Shown here one piece after another: positions 1 through 9,301 of a stretch of 64,000 nucleotides of DNA. The number at the start of each line of letters is the position of its first letter. The first letter of the stretch is position 1. A program made the translations under genes and the position numbers. The DNA is taken from contig CM075991.1 in NCBI GenBank assembly GCA_038087875.1, positions 13,704,001 through 13,768,000 of the forward strand, given 5' to 3'. This stretch comes from Malacoraja senta. Lineage: Eukaryota. The notes under the pieces were generated by a model. That model saw only the letters and a list, made by a program, of their open reading frames with translations, did no database searches and was not told where the DNA came from.

Positions 1-2064
1 TCGTTAGGGTTTAGGGTCGTTAGGGTTTAGGGTCGTTAGGGTTTAGGGTCGTTAGGGTTTAGGGGTCGTTAGGGTTTAGGGTCGTTAGGGTTTAGGGTCG
101 TTAGGGTTTAGGGTCGTTAGGGTTTAGGGTCGTTAGGGTTTAGGGTCGTTAGGGTTTAGGGTCGTTAGGGTTTAGGGTCGTTAGGGTTTAGGGTCGTTAG
201 GGTTTAGGGTCGTTAGGGTTTAGGGTCGTTAGGGTTTAGGGTCGTTAGGGTTTAGGGTCGTTAGGGTTTAGGGTCGTTAGGGTTTAGGGTTTAGGTTTTG
301 GGTCGTTAGGGTTTAGGGTCGTTAGGGTTTAGGGTCGTTAGGGTTTAGGGTCGTTAGGGTTTAGGGTCGTTAGGGTTTAGGGTCGTTAGGGTTTAGGGTC
401 GTTAGGGTTTAGGGTCGTTAGGTTTAGGGTCGTTAGGGTTTAGGGTCGTTAGGGTTTTAGGGTCGTTAGGGTTTAGGGTCGTTAGGGTTTAGGGTCGTTA
501 GGGTTTAGGGTCGTTAGGGTTTAGGGTCGTTAGGGTTTAGGGTCGTTAGGGTTTAGGGTCGTTAGGGTTTAGGGTCGTTAGGGTTTAGGGTCGTTAGGGT
601 TTAGGGTCGTTAGGGTTTAGGGTCGTTAGGGTTTAGGGTCGTTAGGGTTTAGGGTCGTTAGGGTTTAGGGTCGTTAGGGTTTAGGGTCGTTAGGGTTTAG
701 GGTCGTTAGGGTTTAGGGTCGTTAGGGTTTAGGGTCGTTAGGGTTTAGGGTCGTTAGGGTTTAGGGTCGTTAGGGTTTAGGGTCGTTAGGGTTTAGGGTC
801 GTTAGGGTTTAGGGTCGTTAGGGTTTAGGGTCGTTAGGGTTTAGGGTCGTTAGGGTTTAGGGTCGTTAGGGTTTAGGGTCGTTAGGGTTTAGGGTCGTTA
901 GGGTTTAGGGTCGTTAGGGTTTAGGGTCGTTAGGGTTTAGGGTCGTTAGGGTTTAGGGTCGTTAGGGTTTAGGGTCGTTAGGGTTTAGGGTCGTTAGGGT
1001 TTAGGGTCGTTAGGGTTTAGGGTCGTTAGGGTTTAGGGTCGTTAGGGTTTAGGGTCGTTAGGGTTTAGGGTCGTTAGGGTTTAGGGTCGTTAGGGTTTAG
1101 GGTCGTTAGGGTTTAGGGTCGTTAGGGTTTAGGGTCGTTAGGGTTTAGGGTCGTTAGGGGTTTAGGGTCGTTAGGGTTTAGGGTCGTTAGGGTTTAGGGT
1201 CGTTAGGGTTTAGGGTCGTTAGGGTTTAGGGGTCGTTAGGGTTTAGGGTCGTTAGGGTTTAGGGTCGTTAGGGTTTAGGGTCGTTAGGGTTTAGGGTCGT
1301 TAGGGTTTAGGGTCGTTAGGGTTTAGGGGTCGTTAGGGTTTAGGGTCGTTAGGGTTTAGGGTCGTTAGGGTTTAGGGTCGTTAGGGTTTAGGGTCGTTAG
1401 GGTTTAGGGTCGTTAGGGTTTAGGGTCGTTAGGGTTTAGGGTCGTTAGGGTTTAGGGTCGTTAGGGTTTAGGGTCGTTAGGGTTTAGGGTCGTTAGGGTT
1501 TAGGGTCGTTAGGGTTTAGGGTCGTTAGGGTTTAGGGTCGTTAGGGTTTAGGGTCGTTAGGGTTTAGGGTCGTTAGGGTTTAGGGTCGTTAGGGTTTAGG
1601 GTCGTTAGGGTTTAGGGTCGTTAGGGTTTAGGGTCGTTAGGGTTTAGGGTCGTTAGGGTTTAGGGTCGTTAGGGTTTAGGGTCGTTAGGGTTTAGGGTCG
1701 TTAGGGTTTAGGGTCGTTAGGGTTTAGGGTCGTTAGGGTTTAGGGTCGTTAGGGTTTAGGGTCGTTAGGGTTTAGGGTCGTTAGGGTTTAGGGTCGTTAG
1801 GGTTTAGGGTCGTTAGGGTTTAGGGTCGTTAGGGTTTAGGGTCGTTAGGGTTTAGGGTCGTTAGGGTTTAGGGGGGTTAGGGTTTAGGGGGTTAGGGTTT
1901 AGGGGGGTTAGGGTTTAGGGGGGTTAGGGTTTAGGGGGGTTAGGGTTTAGAGGGGTTAGGGTTTAGAGGGGTTAGGGTTTAGAGGGGTTAGGGTTTAGAG
2001 GGTTAGGGTTTAGAGGGGTTAGGGTTTAGAGGGGTTAGGGGTTAGGGTTAGGGTTAGGGTTAGG
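1..2064 (+). repeat. Telomere-variant tandem array: (TCGTTAGGGTTTAGGG)n 16-mer to ~1870, then 16-mer variants TTAGGGTTTAGGGGGG and TTAGGGTTTAGAGGGG, ending in ~4 canonical TTAGGG
   Basis: Read directly. G-rich strand is on +, the 16-bp period is kept across variants, and canonical TTAGGG occurs at ~2035-2064. Confidence 0.97.
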
Positions 2065-2257
2065 TTGTGATTTATCGGACAGTGGGACAACATGCCCTCT
2101 GGTGCTTATTGATCTCCCCCTGGGGATTCCTTTTCACTGTGTACTGTCACTTGGTATTTGGCCCACGGTTTCATCACCCTTGTCCAAATCTATTTGCCTT
2201 ACACTTGCCCTTCCATAGATTTGTGCGAGTCAGTCAGGATCCACCCTAGGTTTGAGT

Positions 2258-3153
2258 TTATGCTAGATTTAGGCCATTAGGCTCTTTTGTCTGTAGCGCT
2301 TCTATCCATAGCCTCTCTGCTCTCTTGCGTCTCCCTGTTGTTGCCAGTGGATTGAGGTAGTGGTCAATGTATTCTGCTACCCCATAGGATTCGCTACTAC
2401 AGTCTGACACTATGGGCCTACCTGGCGGTATTTCTCCAGGCACTGTCCACGTGTCTGGGTTTTTGTGTATCTTTGGGAGCATGTAGAATTTCCTCGCCCT
2501 GGGTTGTGTTCCTGTTAGGTATTCTACTTGTTTCTCTAGGATGTATCCTGATGTCTTAAGCTCTTCCAAAATGTCCCCTATTTCCTTTTGTGTTTCTTTA
2601 TATATGGGCTCATCTAACTTAGTGTAGTGTTCTATCTTGTTCAGTTGTCTATGTGCCTCGAAGAGGTACTGTTGTCTGTCCATGATAACTATACTGCTCC
2701 CCTTGTCTGCTGGTTTGATCACTATCTCGTTATTATCTCTCAGCTCTGTCAAGGCCTGCCTCTCTTTTCTGGTGATGTTGGACTTATCTTTTGTTGTGGG
2801 CATATCCTCAATGGCTGATGCCTGTCTCTGTTATAAATTCTGTTATCTGTCCAGGGACATCCTCGTCGTCTGGGGTCCACCCTGTGAGTGGCCTAAAGGG
2901 TATAATTTCTGCAGGGCTCTGCGCCACTGAAGTGGTGTATTAACTTAATGGATCGGTAAAATCTGTGTAGGTCCCCCTGCACTTGTTCCTTGTGGGATTT
3001 GGGAGTAGGGACGAAGGTGAGGCCTCTGTTCAATACCCTCTCTTGGGTTTCGGTAAGGGAGAATGTTTGAGAAAGGTTGATGATTGTTTTCCCTAATTGT
3101 GGGCCCTGCCTCTCTTGGCATGGTGTCCCTAACAGTTTAAATGCTTCATCCAC
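2258..3153 (-). pseudogene. PLE ORF2, copy 1 (internally deleted RT/GIY-YIG; two 1-bp indels versus consensus)
   Basis: Motifs IINLS..LTETQERVLNRGLTFVPTP, IKPADKGSSIVIMD, FYMLPKIHK and PGRPIVS, then directly ERLWIEALQTKEPNGLN*. Confidence 0.85.
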
Positions 3154-4908
3154 TCTCTGATCATGGCTCGGGCTGTGGGTTCTGTCCAGTGGATGTGGTC
3201 TACGTTTACTTTAAACTGGCTGGTGGGGATAGTGGGAATGTGTTTCTGGGTCTGTATGTAGTCATTAAGCTTTCTGAGTGTGACCTGCTCTGGTGCTGGG
3301 AGAGACTGGCTGAAGTTGATCATAGGGACCCATATGCTGGCATTAGGGAATTTACGACTGGCCATCTTGATTAGTGTTTGGAGTTGTTTGATGGCAGTCT
3401 GTGGTCTTTGTTCCTTATTGTTAATGCCAAACGAGAGAATGACTTTTTGAGTTTCTGGGCATTGGATCAATTTGTCAAGGATGGAAGTGCCATGTATGCA
3501 TTTGGCTCCTGGATAGCTGTCCAATTGTATGTTGTTGTTGTTGGAGAATTTGGGGATCCTGGCAATGTTGGAATCTCCAATTATTAAAACAGGCTTGCTG
3601 GGTTGTAGTTTCCAGGTAACATTTTTCTGACATGTGTGTGGGTGTTTAGTTACTTCAGCCAGTCTCTTCCCTGGACCCCTCTGTGTGTGCTGCTGAAAGT
3701 CGTCCTGAGAGTTACTGACTGTGTCTGTAGTCGGGGCCCTCTGGTGCTGTGTGCAGGCCCTACGTGCTGGTCTAACCCTCGGTGCTGGGACCCCCTGTGT
3801 TAGAGTGGAAAGGGTTGGTGTGAGGGAAGGGGTAGCAGTACCGGACCTGTTTCCCTGTGGTACCGCGGTCGTGACCTCCTTTCCGGTTGTCTCCGTGGTC
3901 GGTTCGGTCTCCCCCCTGGAGGGTCTGCGCTCGGCCCGTGGTCTCCGGGGGAGAGGGCCGTGGGATTCGTGGCGTGAGGAGATGCTCCGGTAGATAAGGG
4001 CGGATGTGCTGGGGGAATCGGAGCGCGTGGGCCGTGTCCAGTCATCCGACCAGGTCTCGGTCTCGGACCGGAAGTGGGCCTGGGGCTCGTGTACCGGGGG
4101 GACCGGCTGGGCCGGCTGCTGCGGTCGCAACACCACGATCTGGGGGCTGTTGGGGGGGGTTATGTCGGGGCTGGCGGGAGCGGAGCCGTGGGCGGCGCGG
4201 CCGCGGGGAGCGGGGCCGCGGGGAGCGGAGCGGGACGCGCTCTGGACGGGGTCGGGACGGGTGGTGACCCAAGCGGTGCGTGGCCGCTCGATCTGGCTTT
4301 CCTGTGAAATAGTAAACAAGTCTTGCGGGATATTTACTGCCACATTCGACGTTACAGCCGCTGGCCTACGGGGCTGGGCCTCCCGTAGGCTGCTGCGCTG
4401 TTCAGGCCCAGTCTCTGAGGTCAGGTTCAAAACTCGATGTCTGAGGTCCTCCAATCTGATTTTAAATTTATCTCCCAAATTTCTCTTGTTCCAGATTAGG
4501 GCCTTGGCGACCGCTTCCTGTACACGATCCGTAGGTTGGCCCTCACGGTATTCATCCTCAAGATGCTCCAGACTATTTTGGTAATGTTCAATCAAAATTT
4601 GTCGTGTTTGTTTAGCCCAGGTTTCAGCATTAGAAGCTAATTTTTTTAATGTTTCCTGGGTGGGATTTGCTGGTTTTACAAAGTATGTTAATATCTTGGC
4701 CTGCCTCGTGATACCCTTAGGGGGTACGTTCCGTTCCTTTAGAACTCCTAGATGGTGTAAAGCCTGGGCCATTTTATAAATAACTCTAACAGCAACTGCA
4801 AAGGAATCCCTCTGTCTAGATTGATTCCTGTGCTGGTTGCGATTCACCCCATTAACTGTTGTTAAACAATCCCCTTCTCCCCCCTTCCCTCTGCATGCCA
4901 GAACTCAT
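3129..4908 (-). CDS. PLE ORF1, copy 1 (SGNH/GDSL esterase-domain protein; 1-bp insertion near 4854 versus copy 2)
   Basis: Protein matches 9277..11055. ATG at 4908 is put out of frame by an extra A (attaactgtt versus attactgtt). Confidence 0.85.
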
Positions 4909-5045
4909 TTCTGGCCTAGTCGATTATGCTGTAATGCTAATACAGACAAATCGAAGTATCAATTATCTCTAGCGTCGTAGGGTTAACACCAAGGTGCTCA
5001 CCAATTCTTTGGTTATTTGCCAGCTCGCGGAGACCGCTTGCCGAA

Positions 5046-5108
5046 CTCTTCCCGACTGGGCAACGATTTTCCAGTTTCGCTATCACTGTAGCTTCGTCAG
5101 GGAAAGAG
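5046..5108 (-). ncRNA. Type I hammerhead ribozyme (copy 1)
   Basis: Minus strand reads CUCUUUCC-CUGACGA-A-GCUA(CAGUGA)UAGC-GAAA-CUGG(AAAAUCGUUGC)CCAG-UC^GGGAAGAG. All three stems pair, the core is canonical, and GUC cleavage is predicted between 5054 and 5053. Confidence 0.93.
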
Positions 5109-5442
5109 ATCTAGTCCTAGCCGGTTAGGGTTTTTAAAGGGTAGGTTGATGCTCCTCCCTTTCTGGGTGGAGCTTGCCATGTGTTGGGTCCTAGGACCGG
5201 TCACTTTGGTTGGGCACACCCTGTTTCTTGTTTGGACTGGTTAGCCCTCTTCCTTTGTTGTGTTAGTTACCACATGTCTCTGGTATCTTGTATCCTTTAT
5301 TGCTAATGTTTTCAGCCTCTGTTGATCAATAAATGTGCAAAAATCTCTTGTCCACTATTATGTTCTGCAAGTCTTTAAGTTGTGTCTGTGCTCTGCCAAC
5401 ATGTTTCTAGTCTGTGTGACGCCAAAGGCTCTTCTGGGTAGG

Positions 5443-7884
5443 GGATCCTGGCTGGGGTAGGGGTGGGTATCGTGTTGTGGATTTGTCAGGGTCTCCTCCC
5501 TCTCTTTCGTGCCTGTCTGGTCTATGTGGACGTTTGGTAGGTTCCTCGTATAATGGCTGCTAGGGGGTTGGGGGGGGGTTTCTGGGTAGTTCGGGGTGTT
5601 TTTTGGGGTTGTTTGGGGTGATTCGGTGGGGGTCTGCTGTTAGGTTTAGGTTGTAGGGGAGGGGGGGTTTATCAGTTGTTTAGGGGGAATGTTTTGGGTT
5701 GTTCGGGTTGTTTTTTTAGGGTTGTTTGGGGTGATTCAGTGGGGTCTACTGTTAGGTTTAGGTTGTAGGGGATGGGGGGGGTTTATCTGTTTTTTGTGGG
5801 GGATGTTTTGGGTTGTTCGGGTGTTTTTTTGGGTTTGGGGCGATTCAGTGGGGTCTGCTGTTGGGGTTAGGGTAGTAGGGCAGGGGGGGGGGGGTTTATC
5901 AGTTATATTGGGGAAATGTTTTGGGTTTGGGGTGTTCTTTGGGGTGATCCAGTGGTGTCTGCGCATTAGGTTTAGGTTGTAGGGGGGGGGGTTTCCTTTG
6001 TTTGGGGGAGATGTTTTGAGTTTTTCGGGGTGTTTCTTTTGTTGTTTGGGGTGAGGGGGTCCTGGCTAGGGTAGGGGTGGGTATCGTGTTGTGGATTTGT
6101 CAGGGTCTCCTCCCTCTCTTTCGTGCCTGTCTGGTCTATGTGGACGTTTGGTAGGTTCCTCGTATAATGGCTGCTAGGGGGTTGGGGGGTTTTCTCTGGG
6201 TAGTTCGGGGTGTTTTTTGGGGTTGTTTAGGGTGATTCGGTGGGGGTCTGCTGTTAGGTTTAGGTTGTAGGGGAGGGGGGGGGTTTTCAGTTGTTTAGGG
6301 GGGATGTTTTGGGTTGTTTTTTAGGGTTGTTTGGGGTGATTCAGTGGGGTCTACTGTTAGGTTTAGGTTGTAGGGGATGGGGGGGGTTTATCTGTTGTTT
6401 GTGGGGGATGTTTTGGGTTGTTCGGGTGTTTTTTTGGTTTTGGGGCGATTCAGTGGGGTCTGCTGTTGGGGTTAGGGTAGTAGGGCAGGAGGGGGTTTAT
6501 CAGTTATATTGGGGAAATGTTTTGGGTTTGGGGTGTTCTTTGGGGTGATCCAGTGGTGTCTGCGCATTAGGTTTAGGTTGTAGGGGGGGGGGGGGTTTCT
6601 TTGTTTGGGGGAGATGTTTTGAGTTTTTCGGGGTGTTTCTTTTGTTGTTTGGGGTGAGGGGGTCCTGGCTAGGGTAGGGGTGGGTATCGTGTTGTGGATT
6701 TGTCAGGGTCTCCTCCCTCTCTTTCGTGCCTGTCTGGTCTATGTGGGCGTTTGGTAGGTTCCTCGTATAATGGCTGCTAGGGGGTTGGGGGGTTTTCTCT
6801 GGGTAGTTCGGGGTGTTTTTTGGGGTTGTTTGGGGTGATTCGGTGGGGGTCTGCTGTTAGGTTTAGGTTGTAGGGGAGGGGGGGGTTTATCAGTTGTTTA
6901 GGGGGGATGTTTTGGGTTGTTTTTTAGGGTTGTTTGGGGTGATTCAGTGGGGTCTACTGTTAGGTTTAGGTTGTAGGGGATGGGGGGGTTTATCTGTTGT
7001 TTGTGGGGGATGTTTTGGGTTGTTCGGGTGTTTTTTTGGTTTTGGGGCGATTCAGTGGGGTCTGCTGTTGGGGTTAGGGTAGTAGGGCAGGAGGGGGGTT
7101 TTATCAGTTATATTGGGGAAATGTTTTGGGTTTGGGGTGTTCTTTGGGGTGATCCAGTGGTGTCTGCGCATTAGGTTTAGGTTGTAGGGGGGGGGGGGGG
7201 GGTTCCTTTGTTTGGGGGAGATGTTTTGAGTTTTTCGGGGTGTTTCTTTTGGTTGTTTGGGGTGAGGGGGTCCTGGCTAGGGTAGGGGTGGGTATCGTGT
7301 TGTGGATTTGTCAGGGTCTCCTCCCTCTCTTTCGTGCCTGTCTGGTCTATGTGGGCGTTTGGTAGATTCCTCGTATAATGGCTGCTAGGGGGTAGGGGGG
7401 TTTTCTCTGGGCAGTTCGGGGTGTTTTTTGGGGTTGTTTGGGGTGATTCGGTGGGGGTCTGCTGTTAGGTTTAGGTTGTAGGGGAGGGGGGTTTATCAGT
7501 TGTTTAGGGGGATGTTTTGGGTTGTTCGGGTTGTTTTTTAGGGTTGTTTGGGGTGATTCAGTGGGGTCTACTGTTAGGTTTAGGTTGTAGGGGATGGGGG
7601 GGGGGGTTTATCTGTTGTTTGTGGGGGATGTTTTGGGTTGTTCGGGTGTTTTTTTGGGTTCGGGGCGATTCAGTGGGGTCTGCTGTTGGGGTTAGGGTAG
7701 TAGGGCAGGGGGGGGGGGAGTTTATCAGTTATATTGGGGAAATGTTTTGGGTTTGGGGTGTTCTTTGGGGTGATCCAGTGGTGTCTGCGCATTAGGTTTT
7801 AGGTTGTAGGGGAGGAGGGGGGCTCCGTTGTTTGGGGGAGATGTTTTGAGTTTTTCGGGGTGTTTCTTTTGTTGTTTGGGGTGA
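5443..7884. repeat. Four tandem ~605-bp G/T-rich repeats made of ~120-bp subrepeats with degenerate telomere-like motifs
   Basis: Units start at ~5443, 6057, 6660 and 7268 (TCCTGGCT.GGGTAGGGGTGGGTATCG). Recurrent TTAGGTTTAGGTTGTAGGGG, GGGGTTAGGGTAG and TTTAGGG. Confidence 0.93.
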
Positions 7885-8406
7885 TTCAGTGGGGTCTGCT
7901 GGGGGGGGGGCCTATCCGTGGTTTGGTTATGATTATCATGGGGTGAGTTGTGCTTTGCCTATCCAGTCTGACCATCCTTTGGCTCCCTCTCTGGTCCTCC
8001 CTGTCTCCCTATCCTAGTTTTAGAGTGTCCCTCACTTCAATCCTATGATTATTCGAGCCCACTCTATTTCGGTTTGTACTGTTATTCTCCATCATCCCCC
8101 CTTTGGTTTGGGTTTCACCCTCCTGACTCCATTTGAATCTTTTCTTGTGGCCTGCTCCTTCTGCGGTTTTGATTTGCCTGAGTGATGAAGCCCGTGTCAC
8201 TGTAAAGGTTAGGTTGTGATTTATCGGACAGTGGGACAACATGCCCTCTGGTGCTTATTGATCTCCCCCTGGGGATTCCTTTTCACTGTGTACTGTCACT
8301 TGGTATTTGGCCCACGGTTTCATCACCCTTGTCCAAATCTATTTGCCTTACACTTGCCCTTCCATAGATTTGTGCGAGTCAGTCAGGATCCACCCTAGGT
8401 TTGAGT

Positions 8407-9301
8407 TTATGCTAGATTTAGGCCATTAGGCTCTTTTGTCTGTAGCGCTTCTATCCATAGCCTCTCTGCTCTCTTGCGTCTCCCTGTTGTTGCCAGTGGA
8501 TTGAGGTAGTGGTCAATGTATTCTGCTACCCCATAGGATTCGCTACTACAGTCTGACACTATGGGCCTACCTGGCGGTATTTCTCCAGGCACTGTCCACG
8601 TGTCTGGGTTTTTGTGTATCTTTGGGAGCATGTAGAATTTCCTCGCCCTGGGTTGTGTTCCTGTTAGGTATTCTACTTGTTTCTCTAGGATGTATCCTGA
8701 TGTCTTAAGCTCTTCCAAAATGTCCCCTATTTCCTTTTGTGTTTCTTTATATATGGGCTCATCTAACTTAGTGTAGTGTTCTATCTTGTTCAGTTGTCTA
8801 TGTGCCTCGAAGAGGTACTGTTGTCTGTCCATGATAACTATACTGCTCCCCTTGTCTGCTGGTTTGATCACTATCTCGTTATTATCTCTCAGCTCTGTCA
8901 AGGCCTGCCTCTCTTTTCTGGTGATGTTGGACTTATCTTTTGTTGTGGGCATATCCTCAATGGCTGATGCTGTCTTCTGTTATAAATTCTGTTATCTGTC
9001 CAGGGACATCCTCGTCGTCTGGGGTCCACCCTGTGAGTGGCCTAAAGGGTATAATTTCTGCAGGCTCTGCGCCACTGAAGTGGTGTATTAACTTAATGGA
9101 TCGGTAAAATCTGTGTAGGTCCCCCTGCACTTGTTCCTTGTGGGATTTGGGAGTAGGGACGAAGGTGAGGCCTCTGTTCAATACCCTCTCTTGGGTTTCG
9201 GTAAGGGAGAATGTTTGAGAAAGGTTGATGATTGTTTTCCCTAATTGTGGGCCCTGCCTCTCTTGGCATGGTGTCCCTAACAGTTTAAATGCTTCATCCA
9301 C
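8407..9301 (-). CDS. PLE ORF2, copy 2: RT N-terminal region fused in frame to the GIY-YIG C-terminal tail (~297 aa consensus; one 1-bp frameshift near 8975)
   Basis: ORF-track pieces 8957..9301 and 8407..8952. RT motifs A/B/C (DxxSLY, QxxGxxMG, YxDD) are absent. Overlaps the ORF1 stop by 25 nt. Confidence 0.85.

Noticed and set aside
1..2064. CRISPR-like array, or plant contamination suggested by TTTAGGG
   Set aside because: There are no spacers. The heptamer strictly alternates with TTAGGG and the array ends in vertebrate-type repeats. Contamination of the left contig is not formally excluded, because a gap separates it from the rest.
2160..2185. Second hammerhead at GTGATGAAACC (minus strand)
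   Set aside because: Lacks the CUGANGA core and stem II/GAAA arrangement.
3141..4584. Plus-strand ORFs overlapping PLE ORF1 (also 9289-10732)
   Set aside because: Antisense shadows of a GC-rich coding region, with no recognisable domains.
2800..4860. Frameshifts in copy 1 and 2 as programmed frameshifting or real decay
   Set aside because: They are single-base insertions that duplicate an adjacent base and differ between otherwise identical copies. Sequencing error is more likely.
5689..7795. Short Gly/Val/Phe/Trp-rich ORFs in the 605-bp repeats
   Set aside because: Products of low-complexity G/T repeats; frames differ between units.
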